A stretch of DNA of 64,000 nucleotides, taken from positions 1,184,001 through 1,248,000 of the forward strand of contig CAVSAC010000012.1 in assembly GCA_963725865.1 (NCBI GenBank), read 5' to 3'. The DNA is from Candidatus Eiseniibacteriota bacterium. Lineage in GTDB: Bacteria; Eisenbacteria; RBG-16-71-46. The position numbers and the translations under genes were made by a program. This document shows, piece by piece, positions 31,596-46,034 of the stretch. Under the pieces are notes generated by a model. The model worked only from the letters and a program-made list of their open reading frames with translations, did no database searches and was not told where the DNA came from. The first letter of the stretch is position 1; every line of letters starts with the position of its first letter.

Positions 31596-33112
31596 TCATC
31601 TCGTGCGCTGCAGCAGCACCAGGCCCTCCGCCGTGAGCGCGTCCATGCTCGGGTAGTCGAGCCGAAAGACCGACATCGCGCGGCGGAACTCGGTCGAGTC
31701 GCGGAACGGCGCGGTCCGGCCCGAGAACTGGCGCTGGTCCACGATGAACTGGCCGCGCATGACCACCCAGTCCGGCCGGTAGTGCTCGAGGGCATCCGCG
31801 TACCAGCCCGGGCCCGTGGTCCGCCGCCGAGCCACCCACGGCGCGACCAGCCCGACCTCGTCGTGCATCACCAGCGAGGCGTTCGTCCATCCGATGATCC
31901 CGAGCGGCTCCAGGAACACCGACTCGCCCGCCCGCGCATGCGTGGCGAGGCGGGTCGCGACCGGGCCGAACACGCCGCGCTCCACCGCCGCGCGCCCGCG
32001 GTAGAACCGTGGCTGGTAGGTCCACGCCCCGAGGATGAGCAGCGTCGCCGCGACATACAGCCACGGGCCCCGCGCGATGCGGGGCATTCCCGCCGCTGCC
32101 AGGAAGACCACCAGGGTGGCCGGGATGGTCAGGTACCAGAAGAAGTACGTCGCGCCGGTGACGATGTAGGCGGTCCACACTGCGAGCCCCGCGAGCACCA
32201 ACGGCAGCGCGCGCGAGCGGCGCAGGGCCAGCAGCCCCGCGAGCGCTCCGGGGCCGAGCAACAGCCGCAGCGTCCAGAGCTGCGCCGTGTCGCCCAGGGT
32301 CGGCCAGCCCGCGAGGTCGAACGGCAGCACCCAGTCCCACCACGCCTTGCTCTGGAGCGGTCCGGGCGTGCCGTACACCGCCGCCTTGGCGAGGACGCTC
32401 TGCGGGATGGGACTGCCGTAGTAGAGCGCGATCGCCGCGAAACCCGCGGCCGCCAGCACGCCGGCGATCAGGCGGGCCCGGGCGTTCGCCCACACCGCCA
32501 GCAGCCCGGCGCACAGCACGCCCTCGGGGCGGATGAGCGCGAGCGCGCCCAGCGCCGGGCCCGCCCACGAGCTGCGCCGCGCGACCAGCCACCCGCCCAG
32601 CGCCAGCAGCGCGAGCATCGCGCCGGACTCCATCCCGGACGCGGACACCGCCGAGAAGAACGGCCACAGGCCGAACATGACGGCGAAGCACCAGACCGCC
32701 GCGCGCGATGCGGTCCACTCCAGCAGCGCCGCCAACGCCAACAGCGTGACGCCATCGGCGAGCAGCAGCGTGAGCCGCGACCACGTCGCCGGATCGCGCA
32801 GCAGGGCGATGCCGGCCGCGCTCCACACCATCCACAGCGGCGAGGTGTAGCCCATCACGCGCTCGCCGGGATTGAACACCGCTCCCCCGCCCGCCAGCAG
32901 GTTCCGCGCGAACCGGAACGTGATGTACGCGTCCTCCCCCGGAGTGGGCACGATCCACCAGAACACCACGCGGGTGACGAGCACGAGCACCAGCCCGAGC
33001 AGCACGGGACGCAGGGCCAGCACCGCGCGAAGCGAGGGCGGCGCCGCGGTCTCCGAAGTCGGTGGGGATGCGGGGGCCGTCGGCGGCCCCGCGCGCGGAG
33101 CGCGAGGCGGAC

Positions 33113-33116
<4 letters not shown>
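31596..33116 (-). CDS. multi-pass membrane protein, GT-C-like glycosyltransferase
   Basis: [13 protein letters not shown]...[20 protein letters not shown] and LIRPEG; many TMs; GTGA overlap with leuS. Confidence 0.65.
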
Positions 33117-35563
<2,447 letters not shown>

Positions 35564-35587
35564 AGGCGGCGGAGATTAGCGACTCGC

Positions 35588-35636
35588 GGCGCGCGAGTCA
35601 CGCCGACCGGCGCGCGAGTCACGCCGGCCGGCGCGC
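35588..35636. repeat. 21-bp tandem direct repeat (2.3 copies) upstream of leuS
   Basis: GGCGCGCGAGTCACGCCGACC then GGCGCGCGAGTCACGCCGGCC then GGCGCGC. Confidence 0.75.
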
Positions 35637-35656
35637 TCCCGGCGCGGCGGGCGGGC

Positions 35657-36733
35657 TCAGCGCGCGCCGCAGAGCGTGCGCGTGGCCTGCTCGAGCACGG
35701 CGACCGGATCGGCGCGGCCGCCCTTCCAGGCGGCCTCCGCGCGGTAGAGCGCGTCGACGGCGGCACTCAGCTCGGCGGGGCGCAGGCGGCGCCGCAGCGT
35801 CTCGCTCGCCTCGCGATGGCGCGCCCAGCCGCCGAGCGCTCCGCCGACCAGGTTCGAGAGCGCGAACAGCACCTGCCCCTCGCCCACGCCGGTCGCGAGC
35901 AGGCGCCCCAGCCGCAGCGTCGCGGGGCCGGACTGGCCGAGCGCCACGGCCGCGAGGTACTCGGGCAGGTCGGCGCCCACGGTCGGGCGCAGCACCGCCT
36001 GCGCGTCCGCGAGGCGGATGGTCCGTCCAACGCCGGCCCACGCCACGATCTTCTCGAGCTCGTTGAGGAACGCGAGCGGATCGCCCTCGCAGGCGTCCGC
36101 CGCCGCCTCCAGCACGCCGCGCTCGGCCTCGATGCCCTCGCGGGCGAAGCGGCGGGCGCCCCACGCCAGCAGCGCTGGGCGCTCCGGCGGCACCGCCACC
36201 CAGCGCGCGGACGACGCGCCGCGCAGCGGGTCGAGCGACTTGCGCGGACCGTCGGCCGCGGACTCGACCAGCACCAGGCACGAGGCGCCGGCCGGCTGCG
36301 CGAGCCCGGCGGCGAGCGCGGCGATGCGCTTCTCGCTGCGCCCGAGGTCCTCGACCTCGAGCACCACGGTCAGCTCGCGGGGTGAGAACAGCGAGGCGCC
36401 CTGGTAGGCCGCGAGGATCTCCTCGACCCCGCTCTCGGCCGCCCGCAGCACGCGGGCGGTCGGCGCCGCCGGCACGCGGGACGCCCACGCCGCGCGCAGC
36501 TCGGCCAGCAGCGCCGCCTTCAGCGGCTCGCAGGGGCCTTCGACGTACAGCGTGGCCGGGAATTCGTCGCGGTCGAAGCGACCGAGCAGGGCGGGCGCAT
36601 CGAGGGACGCCCGCGACCCCGCGGCTTTGCCGCGGGCCGCGGGCGCCCGCCGCGCGGGCGCGGCCTCACCAGCCCTGGGTGGAGCGGCTGAGGATCTCGT
36701 CGGCGATCTTCTGGATGGCTTCTTTGCGTCCAT
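35657..36733 (-). CDS. holA: DNA polymerase III delta subunit-like protein
   Basis: ASLFSPRELTVV and GDPLAFLNELEKI; lptE/leuS synteny; divergent sequence, start uncertain. Confidence 0.7.
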   Translation of the reverse strand: MDAKKPSRRSPTRSSAAPPRAGEAAPARRAPAARGKAAGSRASLDAPALLGRFDRDEFPATLYVEGPCEPLKAALLAELRAAWASRVPAAPTARVLRAAESGVEEILAAYQGASLFSPRELTVVLEVEDLGRSEKRIAALAAGLAQPAGASCLVLVESAADGPRKSLDPLRGASSARWVAVPPERPALLAWGARRFAREGIEAERGVLEAAADACEGDPLAFLNELEKIVAWAGVGRTIRLADAQAVLRPTVGADLPEYLAAVALGQSGPATLRLGRLLATGVGEGQVLFALSNLVGGALGGWARHREASETLRRRLRPAELSAAVDALYRAEAAWKGGRADPVAVLEQATRTLCGAR

Positions 36734-37184
36734 CGAGTTCCGTCTTCGCGGTCTGGCCGGGGACGTCCTGCACGTAGTAGTTCGCAGTCTTGATCATCGC
36801 GTCGTCGCGCCACAGCTCGCGGTTCTTGATCTGGTCCTTGAACACCACCGAGACGGTGATGGTGACGCGGTACTCCTGGGCCCGGTTCTGGGTCGAGAAG
36901 CCGAACACCGCGTTCTTGTACCCCACGATCTTCCCGCGCACCACGCAGTCGGCAGAGCGCTCGTCGACCACGCGCAGGTGGTTGTCCTGCACCAGCCGCG
37001 CGAGCACCACGTCGGTGATGTCCTGCTGGAGCGTGTACTCGCTGGTGGCGTTCTCGAACACCGGCACCGCCACCGTCTTCAGGTGCGACGGCAGCAGCGC
37101 CGTGCTCGTGGTGTAGGCGCAGGATCCCGCGAGGAAGGCCACCGCCCCCGCGAGCATCAGCGCGCGGGGGCGGGACAGGTCCAC
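36666..37184 (-). CDS. lptE: LptE-family lipoprotein
   Basis: Lipobox LAGSC, HLKTVAVPVFENAT, EYRVTITVSV and C-terminal W. Confidence 0.75.
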   Translation of the reverse strand: MDLSRPRALMLAGAVAFLAGSCAYTTSTALLPSHLKTVAVPVFENATSEYTLQQDITDVVLARLVQDNHLRVVDERSADCVVRGKIVGYKNAVFGFSTQNRAQEYRVTITVSVVFKDQIKNRELWRDDAMIKTANYYVQDVPGQTAKTELDGRKEAIQKIADEILSRSTQGW

Positions 37185-37187
37185 GAC

Positions 37188-38617
<1,430 letters not shown>

Positions 38618-38621
<4 letters not shown>

Positions 38622-40561
38622 GGGTTTCCTCCGTTGGACTCCAGCGGCAGCTCCACGATGAACGTGGTGCCGCGGCCGGATTCGCTTTGCACCGTCAGGC
38701 TTCCACTGTGTCGCTTCACGATGTCGTGGGAGATGTAGAGACCGAGCCCGGTCCCGCCGGGCTTGGTGGTGAAGAACGGCTCGAAGATGGTCTTGAGCGC
38801 GTCGGACGAGATGCCGCTCCCGCGATCCTCGATCCGCACCAGCACCCCGGGGCCGCTCGCGCCGCCGCGGCCGCCGGCGGCCGGCGCGGCGGGCTGCACG
38901 CGCACGGTGACCGCGCTGCCGATCGGCGAGGCCTCGGCGGCGTTCTTGATGAGGTTGATGAACACCTGCTCCATCTGATCGGCGTCGTGCGGCACCGCGG
39001 GCACGCGGGGTGCGACCGCCACGTCGAGCGTGAGGCCGCGCTGCTCGAGCACCGTGCGCAGGCACTGGACGGCGCGGCTCAGGGTGTCCTCGAGCGGCGC
39101 GACGCGCAGGTTGAGGCTGCGCGGATGCGTGATGTCGAACAGGTCGCCGACGATCCGGTCGAGGCGCTTGATCTCGCTGTGGATGAACTCGAGGTTCTCG
39201 CGCTGCGAGTCGTCGTGCTGGAGGGCGCGCGCCAGGTACTGCACCCCGGCGCCGATGCCGGCGAGCGGATTGCGGATCTCGTGCGCCACGCTGGAGGTGA
39301 AGCGGCCGAGCGCGGCCAGCCGGTCGAGCCGCCGGGCCTGCTCCTCGGCCCTGCGCAGGGGCGTGAGGTCCATGAACGTGGCGATGGCGCCGTAGACGGC
39401 CCGGCGGTCGTTGCGCAGCAGCGAGGTGGTGAGCGAGACCGGCACCGGGGTCCCGTCGTGCGAGCGCAGCATCACGGTCTCGCGCACGAGCTCGCGGCCG
39501 TGCTCGAGCGTCGCCTGCACTGCGGACTCCCCGTCGCTGCCGAGCACCGCGCCGACTGCGTGACCGGCCGCCTCGTCGCTGCTCCACCCGAGCAGGGATT
39601 CGGCGGCGTGGTTGAACGTGAGGACCTCCCCTTGCATGTTCACCGCCACCAATGCGCTCGCCATGCTGTCGAGCACGTGCTCGCGGAAGCGCTCGCTGCG
39701 GCGCAGGTCCTGGTAGAGGCGCGCATTCTCGATCATCGGCGCGATCGACTGCGCGATCGACTCGATGAGCGTGACCTCCGTCGACGTCAGCGGGGGCGCG
39801 CCGCGCCGCCGGGCGGCGCCGATCACGCCGAGCATCGGCATCTGGTCGCAGCCCAGGCAGTGGCGCTGCCGCTCCTCGCGGTCGGCCGCCCAGCCGTCGG
39901 CGGCCGCGCCCGGCGGCGGCGTCAGGACCGCCGCGTCGCCCATCACGCAGCGGGCGCCGCACAGCTCGTGCTGCTGGCCGGTCGGCAGCAGCGTGTGACT
40001 GCGGCGCAGCGGCACCGCGGTCAGCGCGCCGAGGTCCGCGAGCGTCTCCTCCAGCGGGTGGCCGTCGGGCAGCGCCGCCGCCAGGTGCGGGCGGGGCGCG
40101 CGGTGCGTGACGGTGCGGTCGAGCCACAGCGCCCGCGTCAGGGCGCCGCCATCGCCCAGCAGCGAGACCTGCAGCGGTACGCTGTGATCGCGGTCCCCGC
40201 GGCGGCTGCTCCACGTTCCGACGAGCGCGTGCTCCTCGAGGTCCACCAGCAGCAGGAACACCTCGTCGAACGCGAACGCCCGGCTCAGGTAGCGGGCGAC
40301 GGTGCGGGTGGTCTCTCCCGCGTCGAGGCTGCTCACGACATGGCTCGCGACCTCGCGCAGCGACACCAGCTGCACGTTGGTCTCGATCAGCCGCCGATGG
40401 CTGCGCTCCAGCTCCTCGACGAGCAGGCGCACGGTTTCCATCAGCGCCTCGGGATCGCCGGCGTCGGCGGGCACGGCGTGGCCGGTCGGATCCGAGAGGC
40501 CTCGGATCTCCTCGACGCGCCGCAGCAGGTCGCGCAGCTGTTCGCGCTGCGTGCTGGTCAT
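38618..40561 (-). CDS. GAF-PAS sensor histidine kinase
   Basis: AHEIRNPL H-box, QVFINLIKNA, DRGSGI and FFTTKPGGTGLGL; PAS (FNHAAESLLGW); no obvious TM. Confidence 0.9.
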
Positions 40562-40698
40562 GGCACTCGCACCGGGGCGCGGCGAAAGGGCTCGCCGTCC
40601 CGGGGGATCGGTGCTGACCGGCGCACGCCACAGGGCGGGGTGGTGGGCGCGCCGGGGTCGTGACGGGGCGCCGCTGCGGCGCCCCGCCGGCGGTGTGT

Positions 40699-41829
40699 CT
40701 AGCGGTCCGTGAACTCCCGCACGGTGGCCGCCACGTAACGGATCTGCTCCTCCGTCAGTTCGGGGTAGATGGGCAGGGCGATCGTCTCCAGCGCGGCGGC
40801 CTCCGCGTGGGGCATCGAGCCCGGCGCGTGGCCCAGCATGCTGAAGCACTTCTGCAGGTGGAGCGGCACCGGGTAGTAGACCTCGTTGCCGATGCCGTGC
40901 TCGGTCAGGTGCGTGCGGAGCTCGTCACGCTTCTCCACCCGGAGCACGTACTGGTTGTAGATGTGGCGCGTGCGCGGGTCGTGGTACGGCCGACCGACCT
41001 TGGCGCCCTCGAACTGCTGGTTGTAGAGCGCCGCGTTCTTCGCCCGCTTCTCGCTCCAGCGGTCGAGGTGGCGCAGCTTCACCCGCAGGATGGCGGCCTG
41101 CAGCGCGTCGAGACGCGAGTTGGTGCCGACCATCGAGTGATAGTACTTGGGCTTCGCGCCGTGGTTGCAGAGCAGGCGCGCCTTGTCGGCCAATTCGCCG
41201 TTCTGGGAGACGATCATGCCGCCGTCGCCCGCGCCGCCGAGGTTCTTCGACGGGAAGAACGAGAAGCAGCCGTAGTCCGTCATCGAGCCGGCACGCTTGC
41301 CCTCCCACTCCGAGCCGATCGCCTGCGCGGCGTCCTCGATGATGTAGAGCTTGTGCTTGTCGCAGATCGCCTTGATGGCCGGCAGGTCGGCGCACTGGCC
41401 GAACAGCGACACCGGCATCACCGCCTTGGTACGCGAGGTGATGGCGGCCTCGAGTCGCAACGGGTCCATGTTGTAGGTGCGCGGGTCGATGTCCACGAAC
41501 ACCGGCGTGGCGCCGTTGTTCGCGATCGTGCCGGCGCTGGCGAAGAACGAGTACGCGCTCGTGATGACCTCGTCACCGGGCCCGATCCCGAGCGCCCACA
41601 TCGCCATCAGCAGCGCGTCGGTGCCGGAGGCGCATGCGACGGCGTGGGCGCACTGGGAGTAGCGCGCCACTTCCTGCTCGAGGGCCTTGACCTCGGGGCC
41701 GCCGATGAAGATCTGGCTCTCCATGACGCCCTTCACGGCAGCGTCGATATCCGCGCGATGATCCGCGTACTGCGCCTTCAGGTCGAGCAGCGGCACCTGC
41801 ATCGTGGCCTTGGACGGCATGGCGCTCAT
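40699..41829 (-). CDS. DegT/DnrJ/EryC1/StrS sugar aminotransferase (WbpE/WlbC-like)
   Basis: SGTDAL, IEDAAQAIG, SFFPSKNLG and NSRLDALQAAIL. Confidence 0.9.
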   Translation of the reverse strand: MSAMPSKATMQVPLLDLKAQYADHRADIDAAVKGVMESQIFIGGPEVKALEQEVARYSQCAHAVACASGTDALLMAMWALGIGPGDEVITSAYSFFASAGTIANNGATPVFVDIDPRTYNMDPLRLEAAITSRTKAVMPVSLFGQCADLPAIKAICDKHKLYIIEDAAQAIGSEWEGKRAGSMTDYGCFSFFPSKNLGGAGDGGMIVSQNGELADKARLLCNHGAKPKYYHSMVGTNSRLDALQAAILRVKLRHLDRWSEKRAKNAALYNQQFEGAKVGRPYHDPRTRHIYNQYVLRVEKRDELRTHLTEHGIGNEVYYPVPLHLQKCFSMLGHAPGSMPHAEAAALETIALPIYPELTEEQIRYVAATVREFTDR

Positions 41830-41856
41830 GGTGTCTCCTCTCTATGTGTCGCGGGC

Positions 41857-42618
41857 CTAGGCGTCGACCCAGCCCTGATTCTCGAGCAGCTGTTCCACCG
41901 GGACGTCGCGCCACACCTTGGCCGGCGTCCCGAGCACGATCTTGCGCGCGGGCACGTCGGAGGTGACCACCGAGCCCGCCGCGACCAGCGCGTCCTCGCC
42001 GATCACCACGCCCGGCAGCGTCACCGTGCCGGCGCCGATGCGCGCACCCTTCTTCACGGTCACGCCCTTGAAGTGCTTGAAGCGCTCCGCGGTCCGGCCC
42101 ACGTAGTTGTCGTTGGACGTCACCACGCCGGGCGCGACGAACACCCGATCCTCGAGCGTCGAGTACGCGGTGATGTAACACTCGCTCTCGAGCTTGCAGT
42201 AGCGTCCGACGGTGCAGAAGTTCTCGACCGTCACGCCCCGGCCGACGATGGTGCCGCGGCCGATCGTGACGTTCTCGCGAATGGTGCACAGGTCCGCCAT
42301 CAGCACTTTGCCGTCGATCGCCGCGCCGCGGTAGAGCACCACGCCGGTGCCCACGATGCAGACGTCACCGACCGTGAGCGGGGCCAGCTCCTGCTCCTTC
42401 GTGGTGGCCGAGTTCGCGGCCTTCATCGGCAGCTTGCCGAGCACCGCCTGGTCGTCGACGCGCACGTCGTTGCCGACCCGGGTGCCCTCGTGGATCACCA
42501 CATGGTGTCCGATCCGGCAGCCGGTGCCGATCGTCACGTTCGCGCCGATCACGCACTGCTCGCCGACCGTGGTGCCGGCGCCGACCGTCGCGCTCGGGTG
42601 GATCACGCTGGTGCTCAT
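41857..42618 (-). CDS. hexapeptide-repeat N-acetyltransferase (WbpD/WlbB-like)
   Basis: Left-handed beta-helix repeats, VVTSND and AAGSVVTSDVP. Confidence 0.8.
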   Translation of the reverse strand: MSTSVIHPSATVGAGTTVGEQCVIGANVTIGTGCRIGHHVVIHEGTRVGNDVRVDDQAVLGKLPMKAANSATTKEQELAPLTVGDVCIVGTGVVLYRGAAIDGKVLMADLCTIRENVTIGRGTIVGRGVTVENFCTVGRYCKLESECYITAYSTLEDRVFVAPGVVTSNDNYVGRTAERFKHFKGVTVKKGARIGAGTVTLPGVVIGEDALVAAGSVVTSDVPARKIVLGTPAKVWRDVPVEQLLENQGWVDA

Positions 42619-43652
42619 GCGACCCCCTGCGTCTCGGGCGCGATCGTGATCGGGGCGCCGCCGGCGGCGAGCGAGCGCTGCGCCGCGTCGAGCACCTTGA
42701 CCACGCGCAGGCCGCTGGCACCGTCGGTGATCGGCGTCTTGCGCTCGCGAACGCACTCGACGAAGTGCTGGCACTCGAGCTTGAGCGGCTCCTGCAGCGA
42801 GATCTTCGGGATCACGATGTCCCCGTTGCGCACCGTGAGGGCGTCCCCGTACGAGACCACCTGGCCGGCGCGGTCGACGCCCTTGTCGTAGACGCGGATC
42901 TTCTCGCTCGCGTCCATGTCGTCGAACACGACCATCTTCTGGCTGCCGACCACCGTGACCTTGCGGAGCTTGTGCGGATCGAGCCACGACACGTGCACGT
43001 GCGCCTGGCGGCCGCCCGGGAAGCGCATGTCGACGAACACCACGTCCTCGACCGACTTCTGGAGGAACGCCGAGCCGCGCGCGGCGACGTCGATCGGCTC
43101 CGCGTCCAGCAAGTGGAGGATCACCGACAGATCGTGCGGGGCGAACGACCAGAGCGCGTTCTCGTCCTTGCGCACCTTGCCGAGGTTGACGCGCTGCGCG
43201 TACAGGTAGAAGACCTCGCCCAGGTCGCCGCGCGTGACCATGTCCTTCATGTAGCGGACGGCCGGGTGGTAGATGAGGAGGTGGCCGACCATCAGGACGC
43301 GGTGCTTCTCGCGCGCCAGCCGCACCAGCTCCTCGGCGTGGGCGACCTCGAGCGTGATGGGCTTCTCGACGTAGACGTCCTTGCCCGCCTCCAGCATCGC
43401 CTTGGCGAGCGGGTAGTGGCTCACGGCGGACGCCGCGATCACCACCGCCTGCACGTCCTTGGCGGCCGCGATCTCGGCGGGATTGGGCACCGCGCGGGCC
43501 TGCGGATACTGCGCCACGCTGCGCGCCAGTCGGGCGGCGTCCAGGTCACACAGGGCGACGAGCCGGGCACCGGCGAGGTTGGCGAAGTTCCGGATGAGGT
43601 TCGCGCCCCAGTCGCCGGTCCCTACCACCGCGATTCCGATCGGTTCGGACAT
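42615..43652 (-). CDS. Gfo/Idh/MocA oxidoreductase (WbpB/WlbA-like)
   Basis: VVGTGDWG, YVEKP, MVGH and APHD. Confidence 0.85.
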   Translation of the reverse strand: MSEPIGIAVVGTGDWGANLIRNFANLAGARLVALCDLDAARLARSVAQYPQARAVPNPAEIAAAKDVQAVVIAASAVSHYPLAKAMLEAGKDVYVEKPITLEVAHAEELVRLAREKHRVLMVGHLLIYHPAVRYMKDMVTRGDLGEVFYLYAQRVNLGKVRKDENALWSFAPHDLSVILHLLDAEPIDVAARGSAFLQKSVEDVVFVDMRFPGGRQAHVHVSWLDPHKLRKVTVVGSQKMVVFDDMDASEKIRVYDKGVDRAGQVVSYGDALTVRNGDIVIPKISLQEPLKLECQHFVECVRERKTPITDGASGLRVVKVLDAAQRSLAAGGAPITIAPETQGVA

Positions 43653-43710
43653 GGTTCCTTTCAACACTCCGGGTCCAGAGGATGAGGCGTGGGGGCGTCC
43701 GATCCCGCGC

Positions 43711-43740
43711 AGCCTAACAGCGGCTCCGAAACATGGTCAA
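43711..43740 (-). promoter_or_regulatory. sigma70-type promoter of the sugar-nucleotide operon
   Basis: TTGACC-N18-TAGGCT with an extended TG. Confidence 0.55.
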
Positions 43741-43773
43741 CGCGGCGGAGCGCGGGCGGCCGCAGGCACGCGC

Positions 43774-44784
43774 TCACGCGGCCGACTGCCACAGCGCCTC
43801 CGCGCGGTTCTTGCCGCGCTGCTTCGCGAGATACAGCGCGCGGTCCGCCGCCTGCAGCAGGCTGATCGGGTCCGCGGCGTCGGCGGGGAACGTCGCCACG
43901 CCCAGGCTCACCGTGATGTCGCCGCGCCGGGCGAGCGGGAACGTGTGCGCCTCCACGGACGTGCGCATGCGCTCGGCCGCCACCCGCGCGCCCTCCCTCC
44001 CGGTCTGCGGGAGGATGAGCGTGAACTCGTCGCCGCCGTACTTCGCGACCAGATCGAAGGAGCGCACCTGCTCGGCGAACAACCCCGCCAGTTCGCGCAG
44101 CAGGAACGACCCGCGCAGGTGCCCGTGACGGTCGTTGTAGGACTTCAGGTTGTCGACGTCGATCATGACGATCGACAGGTCCTGGCGGAAGCGGCCCGCG
44201 CGCTTGATCTCGCGCCGCAGCGCGCTCTTCAGGAAGCGGTAGTTGTAGACCTGCGTCAGGTCGTCGGTGATCGCGAGCTTCTCGACGCTCTCCGACAGCC
44301 GCACGTTCTCGAGCGCCATCGCGGCCCATGCGCCGAGCAGCGTGACGAGGTTGAGCTCGTCCGGGCTGAAGCGCGTCGCGTTGCGGCGGCGATAGACGGC
44401 GAGGTAGGCCGGCGACTGGTCGCGCTGGCGCAGCGGCACGAACGCGGCGGGGCCGGATTCCAGCCCGATGCAGCGATCCTCCATGCCGAGGCGGTGGTCT
44501 GTCGCCGAGTCGGGTGTGGCGATCGGCGCGCCGGTGCGCACCAGCGCGCGCGCGAACTCGGTGCCGGCGCGCTCGGCGTCGAGCCGCTCCGGCCGTTCGA
44601 GGTCGCGGCGCAGCAGCCAGCGCTCGCTCTGACGACTGGTGCCGCAGAGCACGACGGCGCCCTCGCATTCGGCGACGGCGAGCGCGGTGCGGAGCACCTG
44701 CTCGATCAACCCGCCACGCGAACGTGAACCGGTCCGTGCGGAGAGGTCGAGAAGGGACTCGAGGAGCTTCTCGCGGCTGAGCAT
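43774..44784 (-). CDS. GAF-GGDEF diguanylate cyclase
   Basis: DDLTQVYN, DVDNLKSYND, intact KYGGDEF and RSFD I-site. Confidence 0.9.
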   Translation of the reverse strand: MLSREKLLESLLDLSARTGSRSRGGLIEQVLRTALAVAECEGAVVLCGTSRQSERWLLRRDLERPERLDAERAGTEFARALVRTGAPIATPDSATDHRLGMEDRCIGLESGPAAFVPLRQRDQSPAYLAVYRRRNATRFSPDELNLVTLLGAWAAMALENVRLSESVEKLAITDDLTQVYNYRFLKSALRREIKRAGRFRQDLSIVMIDVDNLKSYNDRHGHLRGSFLLRELAGLFAEQVRSFDLVAKYGGDEFTLILPQTGREGARVAAERMRTSVEAHTFPLARRGDITVSLGVATFPADAADPISLLQAADRALYLAKQRGKNRAEALWQSAA

Positions 44785-44832
44785 CGGTCGTCCTGACTGG
44801 TCGAGGGGTGGGCGATGAGACCCACCCAAGCA

Positions 44833-44848
44833 CGCAATGCCTATGCCA
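44833..44848 (-). promoter_or_regulatory. sigma54 (-24/-12) promoter
   Basis: TGGCATAGGCATTGCG matches TGGCAC-N5-TTGC with exact GG-N10-GC spacing; intergenic, upstream of the GGDEF gene. Confidence 0.7.
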
Positions 44849-44863
44849 CGGGCCGGAATGGGC

Positions 44864-45913
44864 TTAGCGGCGTGGCCGGGGGGCCATCGAGCGCCCCACC
44901 AGCACCAGAGTCCGGAGCAGGAATCCGGCCGTCCCCCCCACCAGCAGGAGTTCGAGCCCTTTCTCCTGCCAGCGCTCCAACGGCAGGCTGGGGCGGGCCT
45001 TGAAGAACGCGACCGTGCCGTACGCGAGGGCCACGGTCAGCGCCGCCGAGGTCACGGCCGAGACCAGCGCCCAGGTCCGCCACTCGGCTTCGCGGCCATC
45101 CCGCGGTTGGGGCATCTCGCCACGTTCCCTACCCCCTCCGGATGCATCCTGCACGGCGCTGGGGCGGGCGGCCAATGCTTCGCCGGGGCGCGGCTGGCGC
45201 TCGGCCACCCACAGGCGGGTGGCCCCAAGCAGGAACGAGCGCCGCTCGACGATCGCGAATCCCGCTGCGGCGAGCGCCGTCTCGAACGCGCCGCCGTCGC
45301 CGAACTCCTCGATCGACTCCGCCAGATAGCGGTACGCGCTCGGATCCGGCGAGAGCCGTCCGAGCAGTGGAACGACCCGGCGCAGCCACGCGCGATGGAT
45401 GGGCGCCAGCGGGCCGGGCGCCGGCGCGGTCGCCTCGAGGACCACCAGCACGCCGCCCGCGCGCAGCACCCGCGCGGCCTCGGCGAGCGCCGCGGCCTGC
45501 GGGCGCAGGTTGCGCACTCCGAATGCGACCGTGATCGCGTCGAGCGCCGCCGCACGCAGCGGCAGGTGGAAGGCGTCCGCGCAGGCCAGGCGCGGCGCCC
45601 AGCCGCTGCGGCCCTGCTCGTCCGCCGCGATCTCGAGCATCCCGAAGCTCACGTCCATGCCGAGCACCAGACGGCCCGGCCGGCGCAGTCCGGCGAGCGA
45701 GGTTCCGCTGCCGGTGCACAGGTCGAGCACCGCGCGCGCGTCCTCGGGAACCGCGTCCCACATCTGCTGGCGCCACGCCTCGTCGCGGCCCAGCGTCATC
45801 AGGCGGTTGAGCAAGTCGTAGCGGCCCGACACGTCGTCGAACATGTCGGCCATCGCGCGCGTGGCGCGCGGCTCGAAGCGGGGATTCTGCTCCGGCGGGT
45901 TCTCGGAGGTCAT
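44864..45913 (-). CDS. UbiE/MenG-family methyltransferase with C-terminal two-TM extension
   Basis: FDDVSGRYDLLNRLMTLG, VLDLCTGSG, AFGVRN and AYRYLAESI. Confidence 0.8.
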   Translation of the reverse strand: MTSENPPEQNPRFEPRATRAMADMFDDVSGRYDLLNRLMTLGRDEAWRQQMWDAVPEDARAVLDLCTGSGTSLAGLRRPGRLVLGMDVSFGMLEIAADEQGRSGWAPRLACADAFHLPLRAAALDAITVAFGVRNLRPQAAALAEAARVLRAGGVLVVLEATAPAPGPLAPIHRAWLRRVVPLLGRLSPDPSAYRYLAESIEEFGDGGAFETALAAAGFAIVERRSFLLGATRLWVAERQPRPGEALAARPSAVQDASGGGRERGEMPQPRDGREAEWRTWALVSAVTSAALTVALAYGTVAFFKARPSLPLERWQEKGLELLLVGGTAGFLLRTLVLVGRSMAPRPRR

Positions 45914-45946
45914 CGCGGGCAGGTGGGCGAAGGCCCGGGGAAAGGG

Positions 45947-46023
<77 letters not shown>

Positions 46024-46034
46024 AGCGGCAGGCG

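Noticed and set aside
35588..35636. CRISPR array
   Set aside because: Only two abutting repeats with no spacers and no cas genes
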